Translations under genes and position numbers: made by a program
Shown: piece by piece, positions 39,401 to 53,141 of the stretch
How the letters are laid out: each line of letters begins with the position of its first letter
How positions within the stretch are numbered: position 1 is the first letter of the stretch
Notes under the pieces: generated by a model
The model's input: only the letters and a program-made list of their open reading frames with translations
Databases searched by the model: none
What the model was told of the DNA's origin: nothing
DNA from: Ramazzottius varieornatus
Taxonomy: Eukaryota > Animalia > Tardigrada
Direction of reading: 5' to 3'
Assembly: GCA_001949185.1 (NCBI GenBank)
Contig: BDGG01000007.1
Location: 1,508,730 to 1,572,729, forward strand
Length of the DNA: 64,000 nt

Positions 39401-42400
39401 GACGGCCAAGTGCAGCTGCTGGTGTCGCGCAAGCTTCAACGCTCGGCTGGCCCTTCCGCCTTCTATCCTGCGCAGGCTGAGGGGGCCTACGGAGGACCGC
39501 CGACCATGGCCTCCCTGCCTGCGCCTGGCCCTTCGCCTGCCTTGCCCTACGTCTCGGGCCGCATCCAGCTAAGCCTATACTACTCGCTGCCCGATGCCCA
39601 GCTGGTGGTCACCGTTATACAAGCTGCCGAGCTCCTGCCGCGCCCCGATGGACAAGAGCGCAACGCCTACGCCAAGCTCTACCTTCTTCCCACTTACAGG
39701 TAGGCTAGCATGTCTTGTCAGGCGGCGCTGTCCACCTCCTCTTTTTTGTCTCGGCACGTCTTGTCAACAAGTCGATAAGGGCATTGTGTAACCATCAGCC
39801 TCTAGGCAAATCTCAGCTGAAATCGTTACCTTGTAACGCCTGTAGCCTTTTTCTCTGACAGTGAGCAAATCAAGCACCGGACCAAAATCATGTACAAGAC
39901 CAATGATCCACAATGGCAGCAAATCTTCTACTATTCGCACCTGAAAGAATCGGAGATGCTGAGCTTGACGCTGGTCGTCACCGTCTGGGACTATGAACGG
40001 CATCGTCCAACCAGTAATGAATGCATCGGCGAGGTAACTTATCGTACTCTGTGGTCTCTTGCTGGTGGTAGTGGCCCACACATCATCTGTCATTGTAGGT
40101 ATCTGTTCAGCTGGCGCAAGTGTGGCTGAACGATGAGCCCTCCTGGTACTACCTAACCTATCCTGACCTGGAGCTGCAGCAGCAGCAACGCCAGCCTGCC
40201 TCCTTACGCTCCCATCGATACCGCAGCATGGAGGAGGATTACGGCCCTAGCCAAGGCTTCTCCCCCACCAACAGTCCGTCGGCCTCGCGTTTAAGCGGCG
40301 ATAGCATCCTACTGGATGATATGGAAGGTATTGATCCGTCGCCGCATTGATTGATGAGGCCGTCTTATCGACTGTGACGCTCACAAGAGCAGCAGATTTA
40401 GTCGCCCTTACTTCCCCCCGTTTTGAAGAGACGGCCTAAAAGATAAACACGCTGAAGGGAGGCCCAAGCAGCTTCAGACTTGAATGAGCGGATAAAAGCT
40501 TGATTACATCCGCTTTTTATCAAGTGTGTAAAATGCGCGCGCGCGAGAGAGAGAGAGTGGGCGCTTATAAAGTAGGGCCTGGCCGCCATCGTCGATTGTC
40601 CATCGATCGATCGATGAGCGGCAATAAGGCCATATATACAGTCCACACTGTAATTACATTGACAGCCTTGCCAGCCCGTCTCTACAGCGCATGATTATCT
40701 TGCAGTGGTCGATCATCGGCGACGCCGACAACAGCCCTCTTCTATTTCCGCCTCTCGCCACAATCTCGCCCAGGCCGCCGCTGCCGGATATTACGATCGC
40801 ACCGATTCACCTCGCAGTCGTCACCGTTCATCGACCTTACAGGGCCAGCAGTATTATCGCCAAAATAACCACGACTTTCAGGCCCTGGCCTATCCTAACG
40901 GTAAACCAGTCGCTAGTTGATGTAAACCACTGAAGCCGCCTAATGCATAATGCCAGAGAGAAAATGTGGGGTATCTCTCTCTCTCTCTGCAGAACGGCGA
41001 GGACGGCGTGAGCATCATGAATACAACGACGATCTGGCAGAAGAACTTGGGCCTCTGCATGGCCAAAGGTCCCAACGGCGGTCAGCACACCACTCGGCGC
41101 CACCTGTCGAGCGCGACCAAGCCTACCTCAACCATTACGATGAGGACGCCATGGGACCGTATTCCGATGACGCAGCTAGCCAGTAAGCTGCAGGCCCACA
41201 ACAAAGAGCTAAAGCTTTATGCCTTGCGCTCTTCCAAGTGGCATCGACTGCAATAAACTAGCCCATATAGGACAAGCACTGTAGTGGTAGAAGGATAGTC
41301 TCTTATTTGGTTATGTCTTTGACAGCCGTCGACCAGCGTCCAGTAGCAGCCGCAAGCGCCACCTGCCCATGGCTCCACAGAGTACAGCTGCTTTGCGTGA
41401 TCGGCGAACCTCCCTGCACAACCACCAGCGCGAGGAGGGGGCCAACGGCAGCGCGCCTCGTCTGGGGGCCGAGCACAATGTGCCCTTGTCGCTGTCGGTC
41501 CCGCCGCCTCAAGGTCCCTCATCGCCTTCCGCTCATTCCGCCCATTCGGCTTCGTCGCGCCACTCGCAAGCCACCAACAACCCTCCCAGCCTCAAGACGG
41601 CCAACGGCAAGGCTCCAATAACGCAGGTAGAAGCTGGAGCGCACTTGCTATCTAGGTGCTTATCCGTTTCACCCTTCACCGTCCTCGTCTCCCTTCATTT
41701 GACCGTCACCCTTATGAAACGTCTTCTTTTGTCTGTTTGCAGCAATTTCACCACCAGACTCTGAAGGTGCCGGCAGGAGAGGAAGAAGACAGCGCGCCAA
41801 AGGCCCCGCCCAGCCCCAATCCGTCCCATCGTTCTCGTTTGGAACAATTGTCCAAGAATGCCTCGCAAGAAGAGAACCTGGACCCGCTGCAGCTCTTGTC
41901 AGCTGAAGCCAGCAATGCTGCTGTTGCTACTGCAACTCACTCTCGCTCCTCGTCCTTACGGCGCTCCTTCCGTGGGAGTAGCAGTAACGTGGCAGCTGGC
42001 CCTCTGCAGGACAGCAACAATCGCAAGCCTAGTGTATCCCTTAGCCGCTCCAGCGAACCCACCGACAGCAATGAGGCTGGCGACCTCAGCTTACTGCTGC
42101 CCTCTAGCTCAGCCAGCCAAGCCAGCGGCAGCCAGTCGCGCTCTCGCAAACACAAGTACGTACAGTTGAGGACATTTGTGCTAGCTTAATCAGGCGAAAA
42201 TTACACTAGTTGGCAGCAAGCCTGGCCGATATGATAATCCTGTGGAATTGTCGAGTTCATCTTGTCGATGTTTACAGCGACCTTAACCGCATGCGTAGCT
42301 TGGATCTGGAGGAGACGGCTTCACAAGCTAGCGGCCTAACGGCCATCAACCTGGGCAGCATAGGGACGGGCAACATGAGCGACGGAGGCGGAAGTCAGGC

Positions 42401-43597
42401 CGGCAAGAAGACCTTTGACTATGATGAGTTTCAAGCCCGCTTTCTCAACCAGCAGACAGCCAACAAGAACCAGCAAAAGAGCAAGAGTAGCGCCAAGGCC
42501 GCCGCCATTCTTGGCTTGAAGAAAGGTAAGATGCCACCCCGTTTTAGCCTGCCTACAGCGTACACTATTAATGCTCGTCTTTGACGATGTGTAGACTCCA
42601 AGAGACCGACCTTTACGCGCAGCGAAGAGGTGGGCCATCAGTCACCGGCCTCGCTGCAACGGCAGGCCTTGAGCAAGCAAATGAGCAAGGACAGCACCGA
42701 TGGTTCGGTCAGTAGTGGCGGCTACACCGGCCGCAACCATCAGCGGGCCGACCATTCGCACGTGGCCAGCTTTGTCGAAGGCCTTGGTCCGGGGCAGGTG
42801 GTGGGTAGACAAGTGCTGGCTTCACCCTGCCTGGGCGAGATCCAGCTGCACATCAAGTATTCCAAGGGATCGCTAGAAGTCGAAGTGGTGCGAGCTAAAG
42901 GCTTGATTGTCAAGGGGCAGTCCCGCGGCTTACCAGGTACGTACTCGAGACCGTGGAGCAATGGCCCTAACAGCTGGCCTGAAGCCACTGAAGGCAACTG
43001 CATGGTGTATTTTTCATTGTAGCGACTTATGTCAAAGTCTACCTGATGGAAGATAAGCGCATCGTGGCCAAAGCCAAGACCAACGTCGCTCGGCGCTGCC
43101 TGGATCCGCTGTACCAACAGACGCTGGCCTTTGATGAAGACTATCAACGCCGTCAACTGCAGGTCAGCGTCTGGGGCGATTTCGGCCGCATGGAAAAGAA
43201 GGTAAGGCGTAATAAAGATAGGAACGGTCAGCCGTTACAGACAAGTCAACCTGGAGAAGAGTTGGCAAAGTGCATGTGCAGACAGTAAGAGAGCTGGTGA
43301 GAGATTACTTTTTTCCCCTGCCTGAAGGTCTTTATGGGTGTGGCCCTGATCAATCTGGAAGACCTGGACCTGACGACCATCATTATCGGCTGGTACAAGC
43401 TCTTTGATTCGGCGACGGTCGTAGCCCCCAACACGGGCAAGTCTTCCTCCTCCTCCCTGTACGCGGCCTCCGTCAGCGGAGTCGCCAGTAACAACAGTTC
43501 CCTGGACGATAGTACGCCCATTGCCGTCAGCAGCACCTCGCGACCTTCACCCATGCAGACTCAACGCTCTTCCAACGCCCTCCAGAAGGTTTCATGA
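36477..43597 (+). CDS. RIM: Rab3-interacting molecule (RIM/unc-10), presynaptic active-zone scaffold
   Basis: PDLSHLTEEERRQI; zinc finger CDICQKVKFADGIGHECNFC...CARCG...WICTLCRKKQ; PDZ (VKRGSVADVVGQLRPADEVLEWNG); C2A; RHLPMAP (RIM-BP-binding RxLPxxP-like); FVEGLGPGQVVGRQVLA; C2B (VWGDFGRMEKKVFMG...GWYKLF). Confidence 0.96.
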
Positions 43598-43859
43598 CCA
43601 AATCAAGTAGCCCCCTTTTCCTTTCATTAACCAACTGCTGTACAGTCTACTGCATTGTCCAGTTGGTTCCACCCAGCATTGCTTGGCACTTGTTGACCCA
43701 GCCACTCTCTACTGAATCGTTCTTCATTTTTAATGAACAACAAGCTTTATGCTATTGCGGTTAACAAGCATGACTAACCATCCACAAAATAATACCGCTT
43801 CTAATGTAAAACTGCCAGTTTTTACAGTCCGTCTCGCAGATCTCTGGTCAATGGACTAG

Positions 43860-44153
43860 CTACAGCAATAGAAATAAAACGCAGAATCTAGCAGTGGCAA
43901 GTGGTTTGCAGAATGAAGTGCGTAAGAGACGGACGCTGGTCAAAGCGTCGAGGGCTAAATGAGCCAACTCTTGCAGTTCCTCCACGGATAATATCAGGGC
44001 TAGATCCTCCCCCTCACAGTCGTCGCTGAAACACTGTTCCATTTGATCAAGCAGGCGTAGGTCCAGACAGTGCAGCCAAAACTGCCAATCATTTCTCCAA
44101 GGAGATTTCTCGTGGAAAGCTGGAGGGTCGTCTTGAACATCTTGCTCATTCAT
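43860..44153 (-). CDS. Putative small acidic orphan protein (76-97 aa) immediately downstream of DPAGT1
   Basis: ATG at 44153; MNEQDVQDDPPAFHEKSPWRNDWQFWLHCLDLRLLDQMEQCF...LSVEELQELAHLALDAL looks protein-like. A possible intron 43934-43860 would end it at 43848. Confidence 0.4.
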   Translation of the reverse strand: MNEQDVQDDPPAFHEKSPWRNDWQFWLHCLDLRLLDQMEQCFSDDCEGEDLALILSVEELQELAHLALDALTSVRLLRTSFCKPLATARFCVLFLLL

Positions 44154-44319
44154 GTCTTTCCAACCCAACAAACTGAACGCAGTCTACTCTAACAACTGCC
44201 CTAAGCATAGCCACTGTCAGTTTTATTTCCCCGCCGCCAGACTTCCCCAACTTACCAACCCACAGAATAAAAATTAATAAAGAAAGCTATGGGCTAAAAT
44301 CAACTGAAAAGTGTCGCCG

Positions 44320-45951
44320 TTAAACATCGTAAAACAATTTGGCGCCAGGATAGCGAATGAGGAAGGCCAGAGTCGAGCACACAACTTGAAAGAGCAGCAA
44401 GAGAATGGTCAGTCGCTGTTCGTGCATCGGACCATATATCTTGAGGACCAAGTTGATCAGCGTAAAATTGTTACACTCAAGAAAAGGCTCTTGCTGTGCT
44501 GAGGCGACATTGTCGGCAGGCTTGGTCACATGGATCAGGCGCAGTCTTTTGAATATGTGGTAGATGAGGCGACCTAGTGGATGCAGCTGCTGCGGCCGGA
44601 ACTTGGTGGTGCTCATCGTCACTTGGTCCTGCTCGGGTAGGTAGCGCGGCAAGCGATGGCGTGGACAGGGGAAGAGCTTGAAGAGTTGTGGGATGGAGTA
44701 GATAAAGTTGAGGATTTGCGGTATGAAGAAGAGTAGCATCGTCTTGCTGAAATGGCCCAGAATGGCCACTACGGCAAATGTCATGCCAGAAAAGTAGCAA
44801 AAGGTGTCGCCCACAAAGACTCGCGAAGGGTACCAGTTGTAGCGTAGCAGAGCGGCGGTGGTGGCAATGTAGGGCAGCAGAAAGTACAGCGAAAAGACAC
44901 AGGCTTCGCGATAGGCACCTGTTGGCAGGAAGAGGCCATGTACATGACTTAACAGGGCGACTTCAAAGAGGACTTACCGCTGACCTCCACCAGGTTGAAG
45001 ATGGCCACGGAGATGGCGATAATCAGCGACTGGCCTGCTTCCAGCCCATTGATACCGGCCAAGATGTTGATGGCATTGGTACAAAAGACTGCCAGCATGC
45101 CCATAAAAACATAGTACAACGCACCTGCATCGAAGAGCCAATCAGCAACACCCAACCGTACGGGACCACATAAGACAACCGTACCTAGGTTCAAGCTGAA
45201 ACCAAAGATGGCTCGCAGCGGGTAAGGGACAATGATGGTGGTGGAGTTGGAGTTGACATAGTAGACCATCAGCAGCGGAAGTGTGGCGATGGTGGGCAGA
45301 AAGAGCTTGTCGCGCCAGCGCAGGTTCAAGGCATCGTCGGCAAAGCCCAGGAAGAGCATGGTGCAGACGCATAAGATGGCCGTGATGAACTCGACAAACT
45401 GCCAACAGCAATTAGAACATTTGGCATGGTGACAAAAGTAAAGCGTATTATCGTACGGTAGAACCCGGTGAAAGCTGACGGATAACGATACCTCGTGGTG
45501 AGGGAAGGCGACGACGGCCGTCGACTGATTACCGTGCTGGACAAAGCTCATACGTGCCAGATTCCATGCAAAGGGAATGGGAATGAAGAAGAACATGGTG
45601 ATCAGGAAGACGGCGCCGGATATCACTCCCATCGCTTCCGCTCTGCAACAAGAAGACAACCTCCCTCAGTTAGCGTATGACGTCAGGCGCACGTTCAACG
45701 TACACTTTGACCGTCTGGTCCTTTTTGCTCATGTCGATGCCAAAGAAGCCAGCCTGGATGAAGATAGCCACAAAACCGGGGATGACTTTACTGGTGACGA
45801 AGAAGGCGCAGATGGAGAAGATGCAGTTCCAGATGAGAGGCCACCAAGTGAAGTGGGATCCATCCTCTGATCGCTGACTGCTCCACGACGACAGATTCGG
45901 CGCACCCCAACTTCCCATCTCTCCTTCCAGTGATCCGTTCTCCGCCAACAT
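44320..45951 (-). CDS. DPAGT1: UDP-GlcNAc:dolichol-phosphate GlcNAc-1-phosphotransferase (Alg7)
   Basis: [99 protein letters not shown]. Start is 45951 or 45918. Confidence 0.97.
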
Positions 45952-46684
45952 CCTTCGGCGGAGAAGACTACAAGGCCAATAGGGCTCTGGCACAAACCTG
46001 GAGAGCCAGGTAGATGTCAATTATCGCTTGGACCAATGAAGTGGACGCCGGAGAAGCGGAGATATCCCAACCGGAAATGGCAGGGAAAACACCCGTGTTT
46101 ATGTGGCGTGTTAACTAAATTGATCATTTGTCTCGATTGATTGACCGTTCAAGTTGATTTGTAGTTTGTCCTGTGATTCATTTCAGTAGGTTCGTCACTG
46201 AGGCAATACGTCACGGTCCCGCTTGTTCGCGCGATAGTCCATCTGTCTCTAGATTTTCGGCACCTAGCTCGGAACGGTAATGACTGGAAACGCAGAAACG
46301 ATCCACTTTGTGCATCTGCAGTTTGTCGGACTTTGTCCCAGCCGATGCTGTACCTCTCATACTGTCATCTCGATGCGGTAAACGGGCAAGACCTCAAGTT
46401 CAACAGGTCGATGGCATCATGGCCCTCGTTTTATCTTCTCCTGTCAGGTGAATTGCAAACAATTTTTTGTCGCTTCTTGTACCGGTACATTGATATTATA
46501 CCTTCCGTATTCTACTGAAAAAGGTGGCCAGTTACTCAAGATGACACAGATTTTACACGATGCATGGCAAACGAACACGCGGCATCATGAAGGTTCCATG
46601 GAGGATCAAGACCCGCTTACGTGAATACAGAGTACATTCGCTGTCAAGCAGTTCAGCAGTAAACAAAAGAGTTAGTGACTGAAA

Positions 46685-49173
46685 TTATTCCTCTTCTTCT
46701 TCGGCTTCAACCTCAGCTTGTCCTCCACCGCCGCCGCCGCCGCCATAGGAGCTCTTTCGGTTGTAGGTATTGTCTTCGTTCTCGTTCTGGGTAGTGCCAT
46801 TCTGGTTGGGTTCTTCGTCGAGGTCGTCGGAGTAGGAGTAACGCTGGCGCTCTTCCGGCTTCTTCTCCTTGATCCAAGTGTCTCTTTTCTTGGCGGGTGG
46901 CTTGACCAGTTCCTTCTGTTCCTCCACACGGTTGGTAGAATCAAAGAGGCCACGTCGGTCAGCAAAGGTACGACGATCGGTGCGACGTTCGTGCTTGCTG
47001 ATAATCTGCACTTTGGGTGGATAGCGACCTGCGGCCTCGGCCTCCAAACCAGCTGCGGCGTACTTCTTCTGGTTAATCTGGCGCTGCCGCTCGTTCAGTT
47101 CACGCAAATCATACTCCTGGCGCTTGGAACGCTCATCCAGATCATACTTGGACGTTTCCACCAGGATGATTTGCTTCCACAGCTCTTCCGCCTTGGCCTT
47201 TAAAGCCGTCACGTCCATACCGGCAATGGACAAGGGCTTGACGCGCTCGCTAATGGTTTTTCTCTTCAAGGCTTCCAATTCACCCGTGTTGAGCGACATT
47301 TCTGTCTTGGCCTGAGCGTTGCTCATAAACTACGCAAACAGAAATCGTTATTAACCATGCGCTACGGACACTCGAAGATACGGCCCAATATTTTTTAAGA
47401 TAGCAATCAGGGTGTGATTTTATAAGAGCAAAGGCGGCGCAAAAGGTAGTTTCGACATTTGGTTTTCTATGCTTCAGTGGCGAACCTTGTCGATGGTGCT
47501 GTTTTCGCCCTTTTCCTTCTCGATGACGAAGTTGCGTCCTCCAGTCATGGCCGCAGCTGCTGCCGCTTTCTTCCGTTCGGCCTCTTCCTGCTTGCGACGC
47601 TTGTCCTCCTCCGCTTTTATCTTACGCTCTTCCTGCAATGAAAGAGTGGCACGTACCACTGTCACATTATGTCAACCGAGATAGACGGAGATGGTCGTAC
47701 ATCTTCCCGGCGTTTTTGCTCTTCAAAGGCCTTCTTCTGCTCTTCTTGACGTCGTTCCTCCTCCTCCCGTTGTTTTTGTCGTTGAGCCTGGGGAGAAAGG
47801 TTATTGTGGGTAGCCACATGTCTTTTTCCTTCTTTGCCAGTTATCAATCCAGGACAGGAAAATGATACTTACTTGTTTCTCCTTCAGTTTGCGAAGTTCT
47901 TCGTCCTCTTTTTCACGAGCAATACGACGTTGATCTTCGATTTCCCGTAGACGCGCTGATTCTTCATCCTCGTGTTTGCGCTGTTTAGCCTCTATCAACA
48001 GCTGGGCCTCCGTCTTCTGCTCGGCTGGTTCTTCCTTGCTGTATGATGGAACAAGTTTACAAAAAAGCAATAGTCACCGTGACACCGTGGTTCGCCAGCC
48101 ATTTCCGACGAACATCGACCAAATGCATGCACGATAGCGTGCTTAGTGCTTGCGAGACCTTGACAAAGTAAGTACGTACCGGCTGCGGGCCTTTTCTTCA
48201 TCCCTATCCAGCGCACAGGCAAAGAAGAAAAGAACGTCACGTTAGTACAGATTCTTCAACTCGCACCTTGCCGTTTGCTTCGGCATAACTATACGGCTAA
48301 CACGCTCCTACATAGACAGTGCATGCAAGGGAGGATACGCAGCGAGCCAGGGACCTCGACACAGTTCTAGGGTTTAATTTGTCCCTCAATTAACGTAATA
48401 GCCTATGGGTAGCAGACCATATCAGGATCTAATTCACAATGCACAATGCACATGCTGTTATCGAATTAAGGTGCAACATCTGGTGGTTCTCAGGTCGAAA
48501 GGGAAATGGTCCTTACTCTTCTCTGCAAGGAAAAAAGGAATTATTACATCGGGTCCATCGACTGTAACCTGTGAATTTGTGGGCAGTTATCACTGTAGAT
48601 ACCATGAAATTCCGCGTACGGAAACAAAGCCGACACGAGTTGGTGTTATTCTGTTCACGGTGGCACATGTATTAAAATATTATTGTTAAATAAGATACGC
48701 TGCCCAACATTCCACCAGACAGCAACATCAAACGCTACCCTAAAACTGCGGTGCATATAATTTGAACAAGGATGTTATTACTTGGACTGGAAACGATATC
48801 TGTGTTACTTTTGAAATATTTGGTGTTTCGGAACGGGAAGTTCGGGCACATTCTTTCCGTGAAGAATCCGAGCAGGGTGATGGTTGGGCGGGTCCGAGTC
48901 CATGCTATTATTGCAAACTTATCTTGCCTCATTAGGCAAGAAAATCATCCAATGCTTCATGCAGTAAGCGAGCCTAGTTGCTGACATACACTATCATGTA
49001 AGACGATATTTTTCTTATGAAGTGTTTAAGCTATTAGTTGATTACCGCAGATTACCGCAAAATCGTAAGAGTGGAAGAAATATGACATTGGATCTTTTTT
49101 TGCTAAATTTACGCTTGTTTCTTCCGATAACTACGGCCACTTACTCCATCCATCCTCCCTCTTCGTCCGACAT
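46685..49173 (-). CDS. TnT: Troponin T (protostome type, acidic C-terminal tail)
   Basis: MSDEEG start; EEELRKLKEKQ-like segment; GRNFVI; KAEELWKQIILVETSKYDLDERSKRQEYDLRELNERQRQ; YPPKVQIISKHERRTDRRTFADRR; poly-E end. The 5' region has 6-nt and 24-nt exons. Confidence 0.95.
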
Positions 49174-50578
49174 GCTGAGTGGTCAGTTTTTGACGACGAT
49201 GCTCAGAAATTTCCTTTAAAAAACACATTGTTGTTATTAACAAGTCCTGTCACGGAAGATAAACTTTGGTGCTACTGCCTTGTTGAGTAATAGGGAGCAG
49301 GTTTATCAGAGATATTAAAAGATATACAGGCCCGAACAATATTCTTTACCTTAGCGTCAGAAAAGTCGCTCGGCTAATCACAAAGAAGAACAGAAAATGC
49401 TGTTGTAAGAGTGTTACTGTTATGCGTCCGGAGTTGGAAGAACGCGACATTTGGTTGAAGAGCTATAGTAAAGAGCCCGGCTTCAAGCTGTCATTCAAAG
49501 AGCCCAAAGAGGATCCTATACGGCTCTCGACACATACGACTTGATGTCAACTATCTAGAGCGAAAGACGAAAAAGCTGGCAACGCAGCTGGACATCGGAC
49601 CCCGATCTTTTTACGTCGACTGGGTAATATAATCTGCCATATGCATCCATTTGTGCCTTCACAGTTGAGTTCCGGCGCAGATGTTTACAGAAAAAAGTGT
49701 GAGATGAGCTGCCATTGCCATATAAGCACAGCCCTTCTTATCCTCCCTGGGACCACAGAAGCCATCACTCTTGGTCTATTACTTGATGAAAGAAAATAAT
49801 ATTCCCCTTTAGACAACGTTTCTTGAGACATCATGATTTCTCTATCCGCGAATAAACACAGGGCGGACGTAACACGCTGTACTACATACCCGCGTTATAA
49901 GTATACTTGCAATTTTCACTTAGTGCTGAGCGACGCAAGTTTTCTCAGATGTCGACATTCGCCTGCGTCCTCCGCCATCGAACGTCAACTTATCCATGAG
50001 ACATTTGGCGAATCGCGATCATATGCACGCTAACTGGATCAAGAACATGTCGAGAACCTAAGCTCCCGAACTGAATCCTGATGAAAAAAGACAAATAATT
50101 CTACAACAGACTGATACCGGAAGACCATTCATACCTTCGTTACGCGATGCGGTTGCGAAGATTAAGTTCCGCAGTAGATAACCACTCAATCAGAAAAGAT
50201 CTCCACTTGTCCGCTGAATGAGCCTGAATCTAGTTTGCTATAACGATTAATCGGTTATATCCACATAGAAATTAATCATCTGCCCATTGTTCATCATTGA
50301 GAATTCAGATTGACCAGAGTTCCGTTTGATACAGTATTAATGAGGCGTTCGGGAACCATGAAGTAGTCTTTGGAACTTCGAAGTACCGTTTAGTGGCGCC
50401 TACTGTAGTGGTACCGCGGTGCATGTCGCAGGGTGGAGAGGGTGTGGATCAGCTGCTCCTGCGTCGTACTAAGTCACGACACAGATTGCAGCGCAGGCAG
50501 CAGAATCTTTCGGCCTCGCGGAGTCGAAAATCTTCATCACTTTGCGGTCTCTCCCCTTTTTGCTTCCGGTGGGATCGT

Positions 50579-50610
50579 CCTTTCCCGTTGTTCGTGACAG
50601 GCTAGAAACG
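50579..50610 (+). promoter_or_regulatory. Putative TOP-like non-coding first exon of EEF1D
   Basis: CCTTTCCC start and a donor G|gtgtgt at 50611, upstream of the ATG exon; more pyrimidine tracts at ~50549-50567. Confidence 0.35.
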
Positions 50611-50768
50611 GTGTGTATCGCTTAATGCGCTGCATAACCACACAGAAACAGTGCGTCGGCGATTTTGTGGAATATATTTTTGTCAAATCTTATGCTTTCC
50701 ATTGTAGGCTCACACGAGAGGCTAGTGGATTAATCGGTCACTGTTATTCCTGTTGATCAGCCATCATC

Positions 50769-52599
50769 ATGGTTAACGCTTTCCTTAACGACAAGTCCAA
50801 GTTGGATGTAGCCGCTATTTTCAAGGCCGAGCGGGAATTTTATGAGAGTAAATCCCAGGTAAGAGATCGGAGTGAGCGCTGTGTCTGCTCCTACTTTTAC
50901 GGTGATTTTGTAAAAGTAAAGCCTTCTCTTTGTCTCCCGTATTCGTAATGGGACTGGACTTTGACTTTCCAGAAGGCCAAAGTGGCTAAAATGGGGCCTT
51001 CTGCTGTGGTTAGTTCGGCTTCACCATCGGGTACAGCTCTTGGTGACGGTGCTGGCTCTGTTTCTGCGAGCAAGGGTGCAGCGGCTTCCCCGGTGGTGGT
51101 TCCTCCTGCTGTTGTTAAGGTTGTCGATAGTAATGGTGCTGGGTCTGCTGGTGGGAAGAAGAATAAGAACAAGAAGAAGAAGGCCAAGTCTAAGTTGGTG
51201 TCCGAGGTGGAGAAGATTCGCGATGACATTCAGGCAACATTGCAGTCCACTTCCGGTGGCGCAGCTGATGTACGTATGTGCGTGAGATGCGGGGCGTATG
51301 CGCAGATATAGAACCGCACTGATTGGTTTCCACTTGTGTGGCTGTACCTGTCTATATCTCCCTGGCTGTGACGTAACGGACACGATTTCGATGGTTTGGC
51401 AGGCGCATGTGCATGACTTTGCGTTGATGTTCTGGTGAGCTACGTCATTGTAACAAGCTTTCCACGTTGTTGGTTCCTGGCTTCTTGCGCAGTCGACAAG
51501 CTTTAAAGTTTCCAGTCAAAGTGTTTTCCGATTTGTTTGCCTGGCTTCCTGGCTCTTTCCGTCGGCTTCTTCCGATCCCTTAGCTTCTTTTAGAGCTTTG
51601 TGTGCCTTAGCCGTGCCGCATCCAGTTTCAGCCGGTATTCTGTCTTGTTGATTGACGTTGCAGTTTGATTTGGACAAGATGCCGGGCGCCATGGAGAAGT
51701 TGACCCAGATGGAGGCAGAGATCAAGAATCTGACGGAGCAGATAAAGAAGTGTAAGCTACAAAAGTACGATTCAGCTTAAAGTCTAACTGACCATTGTTC
51801 TTGTGTTAAGGGGGTCCGATCCTGGAGAGACTGGACGCAAAGAACAGCGGTAGTCAACAGCAGCAGTCCAGCGGCGCTCAGTCGCAGGTCAAGGCCGGAG
51901 GAGATGCTGGCGGAGCAGGAGGCCAGAAGAAGTCGGAGGCTAAGCCAGCAACTGCTGACGACGACATCGATCTGTTCGGCTCGGATGAGGAAGAGGTACT
52001 CTATGTTGGGCCAAGTCTGTACTCCACACTGGTTTGCCGGAAGTTCACCGTCCACTTTGCACGATCAAGGCCGTGCCTGCTAGTTGTCGAACGAGACTAT
52101 GGAGTTTTAGCGCCCGACGTGTCTCAGCGTGGTCGGTTGATGGATAGTTGTGTGTTTTTGCAGGAGGACGAAGAGGCCAAGAAGCTGCGAGAAGAGCGTC
52201 TAGCGGCTTACGATACCAAGAAGGCCAAGAAGCCAGCTCTGATTGCCAAGTCCAGCATTGTCTTGGAAGTCAAGCCCTGGGACGACGAAACCGACGTCCA
52301 TGAGATGGAGAAGGCTGTTCGATCTATCGAAATGGATGGTCTGTTGTGGGGTGCCTGTAAGTTTTGGATCCTATACCTTTTTAGCCCATAGGCTGCGCGG
52401 TGCCTTTGGCGAAGCCGATCGAACAACATTCTTTTGCATTACAGCAAAATTCGTGGAGATTGCCTACGGGATTAAGAAGCTGCAGATTAGTGCTGTGGTG
52501 GAGGACGATAAGGTCAGTGTGGACTTGCTGGAAGAGAAGATTACCGACTTTGAAGAGTTGGTCCAGTCGGTAGACATTGCTTCCTTCAACAAGATTTAG
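50769..52599 (+). CDS. EEF1D: Elongation factor 1-delta
   Basis: N-terminal AEREFYE, coiled-coil [27 protein letters not shown], and GEF domain [17 protein letters not shown]...GLLWGA...YGIKKLQI...[12 protein letters not shown]. Confidence 0.93.
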
Positions 52600-53141
52600 A
52601 GAACGAGAAAGACGTGCTTTCCTTCCAGTCTTTTTTGAACAACGTGTAGCATTCGTATGTGCTTACTTCGAGAAATCATTTTATTCTGTGAATGTTTGTT
52701 GCTGTTCGAGAAAGGCGACGCAAAAACCTCGTGATGTTGATAAGTTCGTAGACTTTCTCGTGAAACTTGGAGTGAGTCGCTGACGGTAAGAAACTGATCC
52801 TGGTACATTGACGCGTTACTCGCCTAAATTATGACTGTAGGAGCCTGCACGTCCTGGATTCTGGTGCTCGGCGGTCTTGAGATGCCTCTGCAGTTTTTCA
52901 TGCAATCAAACGTCGTCGTTGCGGCTTTGCGTCACCTTTTGCTCTGGCTGTCATGTTCGATGAAAGGGATATGCCATAATCATTTTCCCCACAAATTAAG
53001 CATTGGATAGAACGGAGTGTCTTGAGTAGGATACAAAGAGCTAGATTTGCCACATTTTTGAGGCACACTCCTGTGAAGATGATCTGGTTTTCTGTTTGGC
53101 AGGGTGCCGGGGAGGAATGCGAAAGTAGGCACGTTTGGACG

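Noticed and set aside
20245-47203. Long antisense ORFs (e.g. 20245-20781, 21326-21904, 32300-32929, 46718-47203)
   Set aside because: They are shadows of GC-rich coding exons on the opposite strand.
48267-48288. 22-nt exon-like segment in the troponin T 5' region
   Set aside because: Including it shifts the frame to an immediate TGA in the next exon. It could be a poison exon, but nothing supports that beyond the splice dinucleotides.
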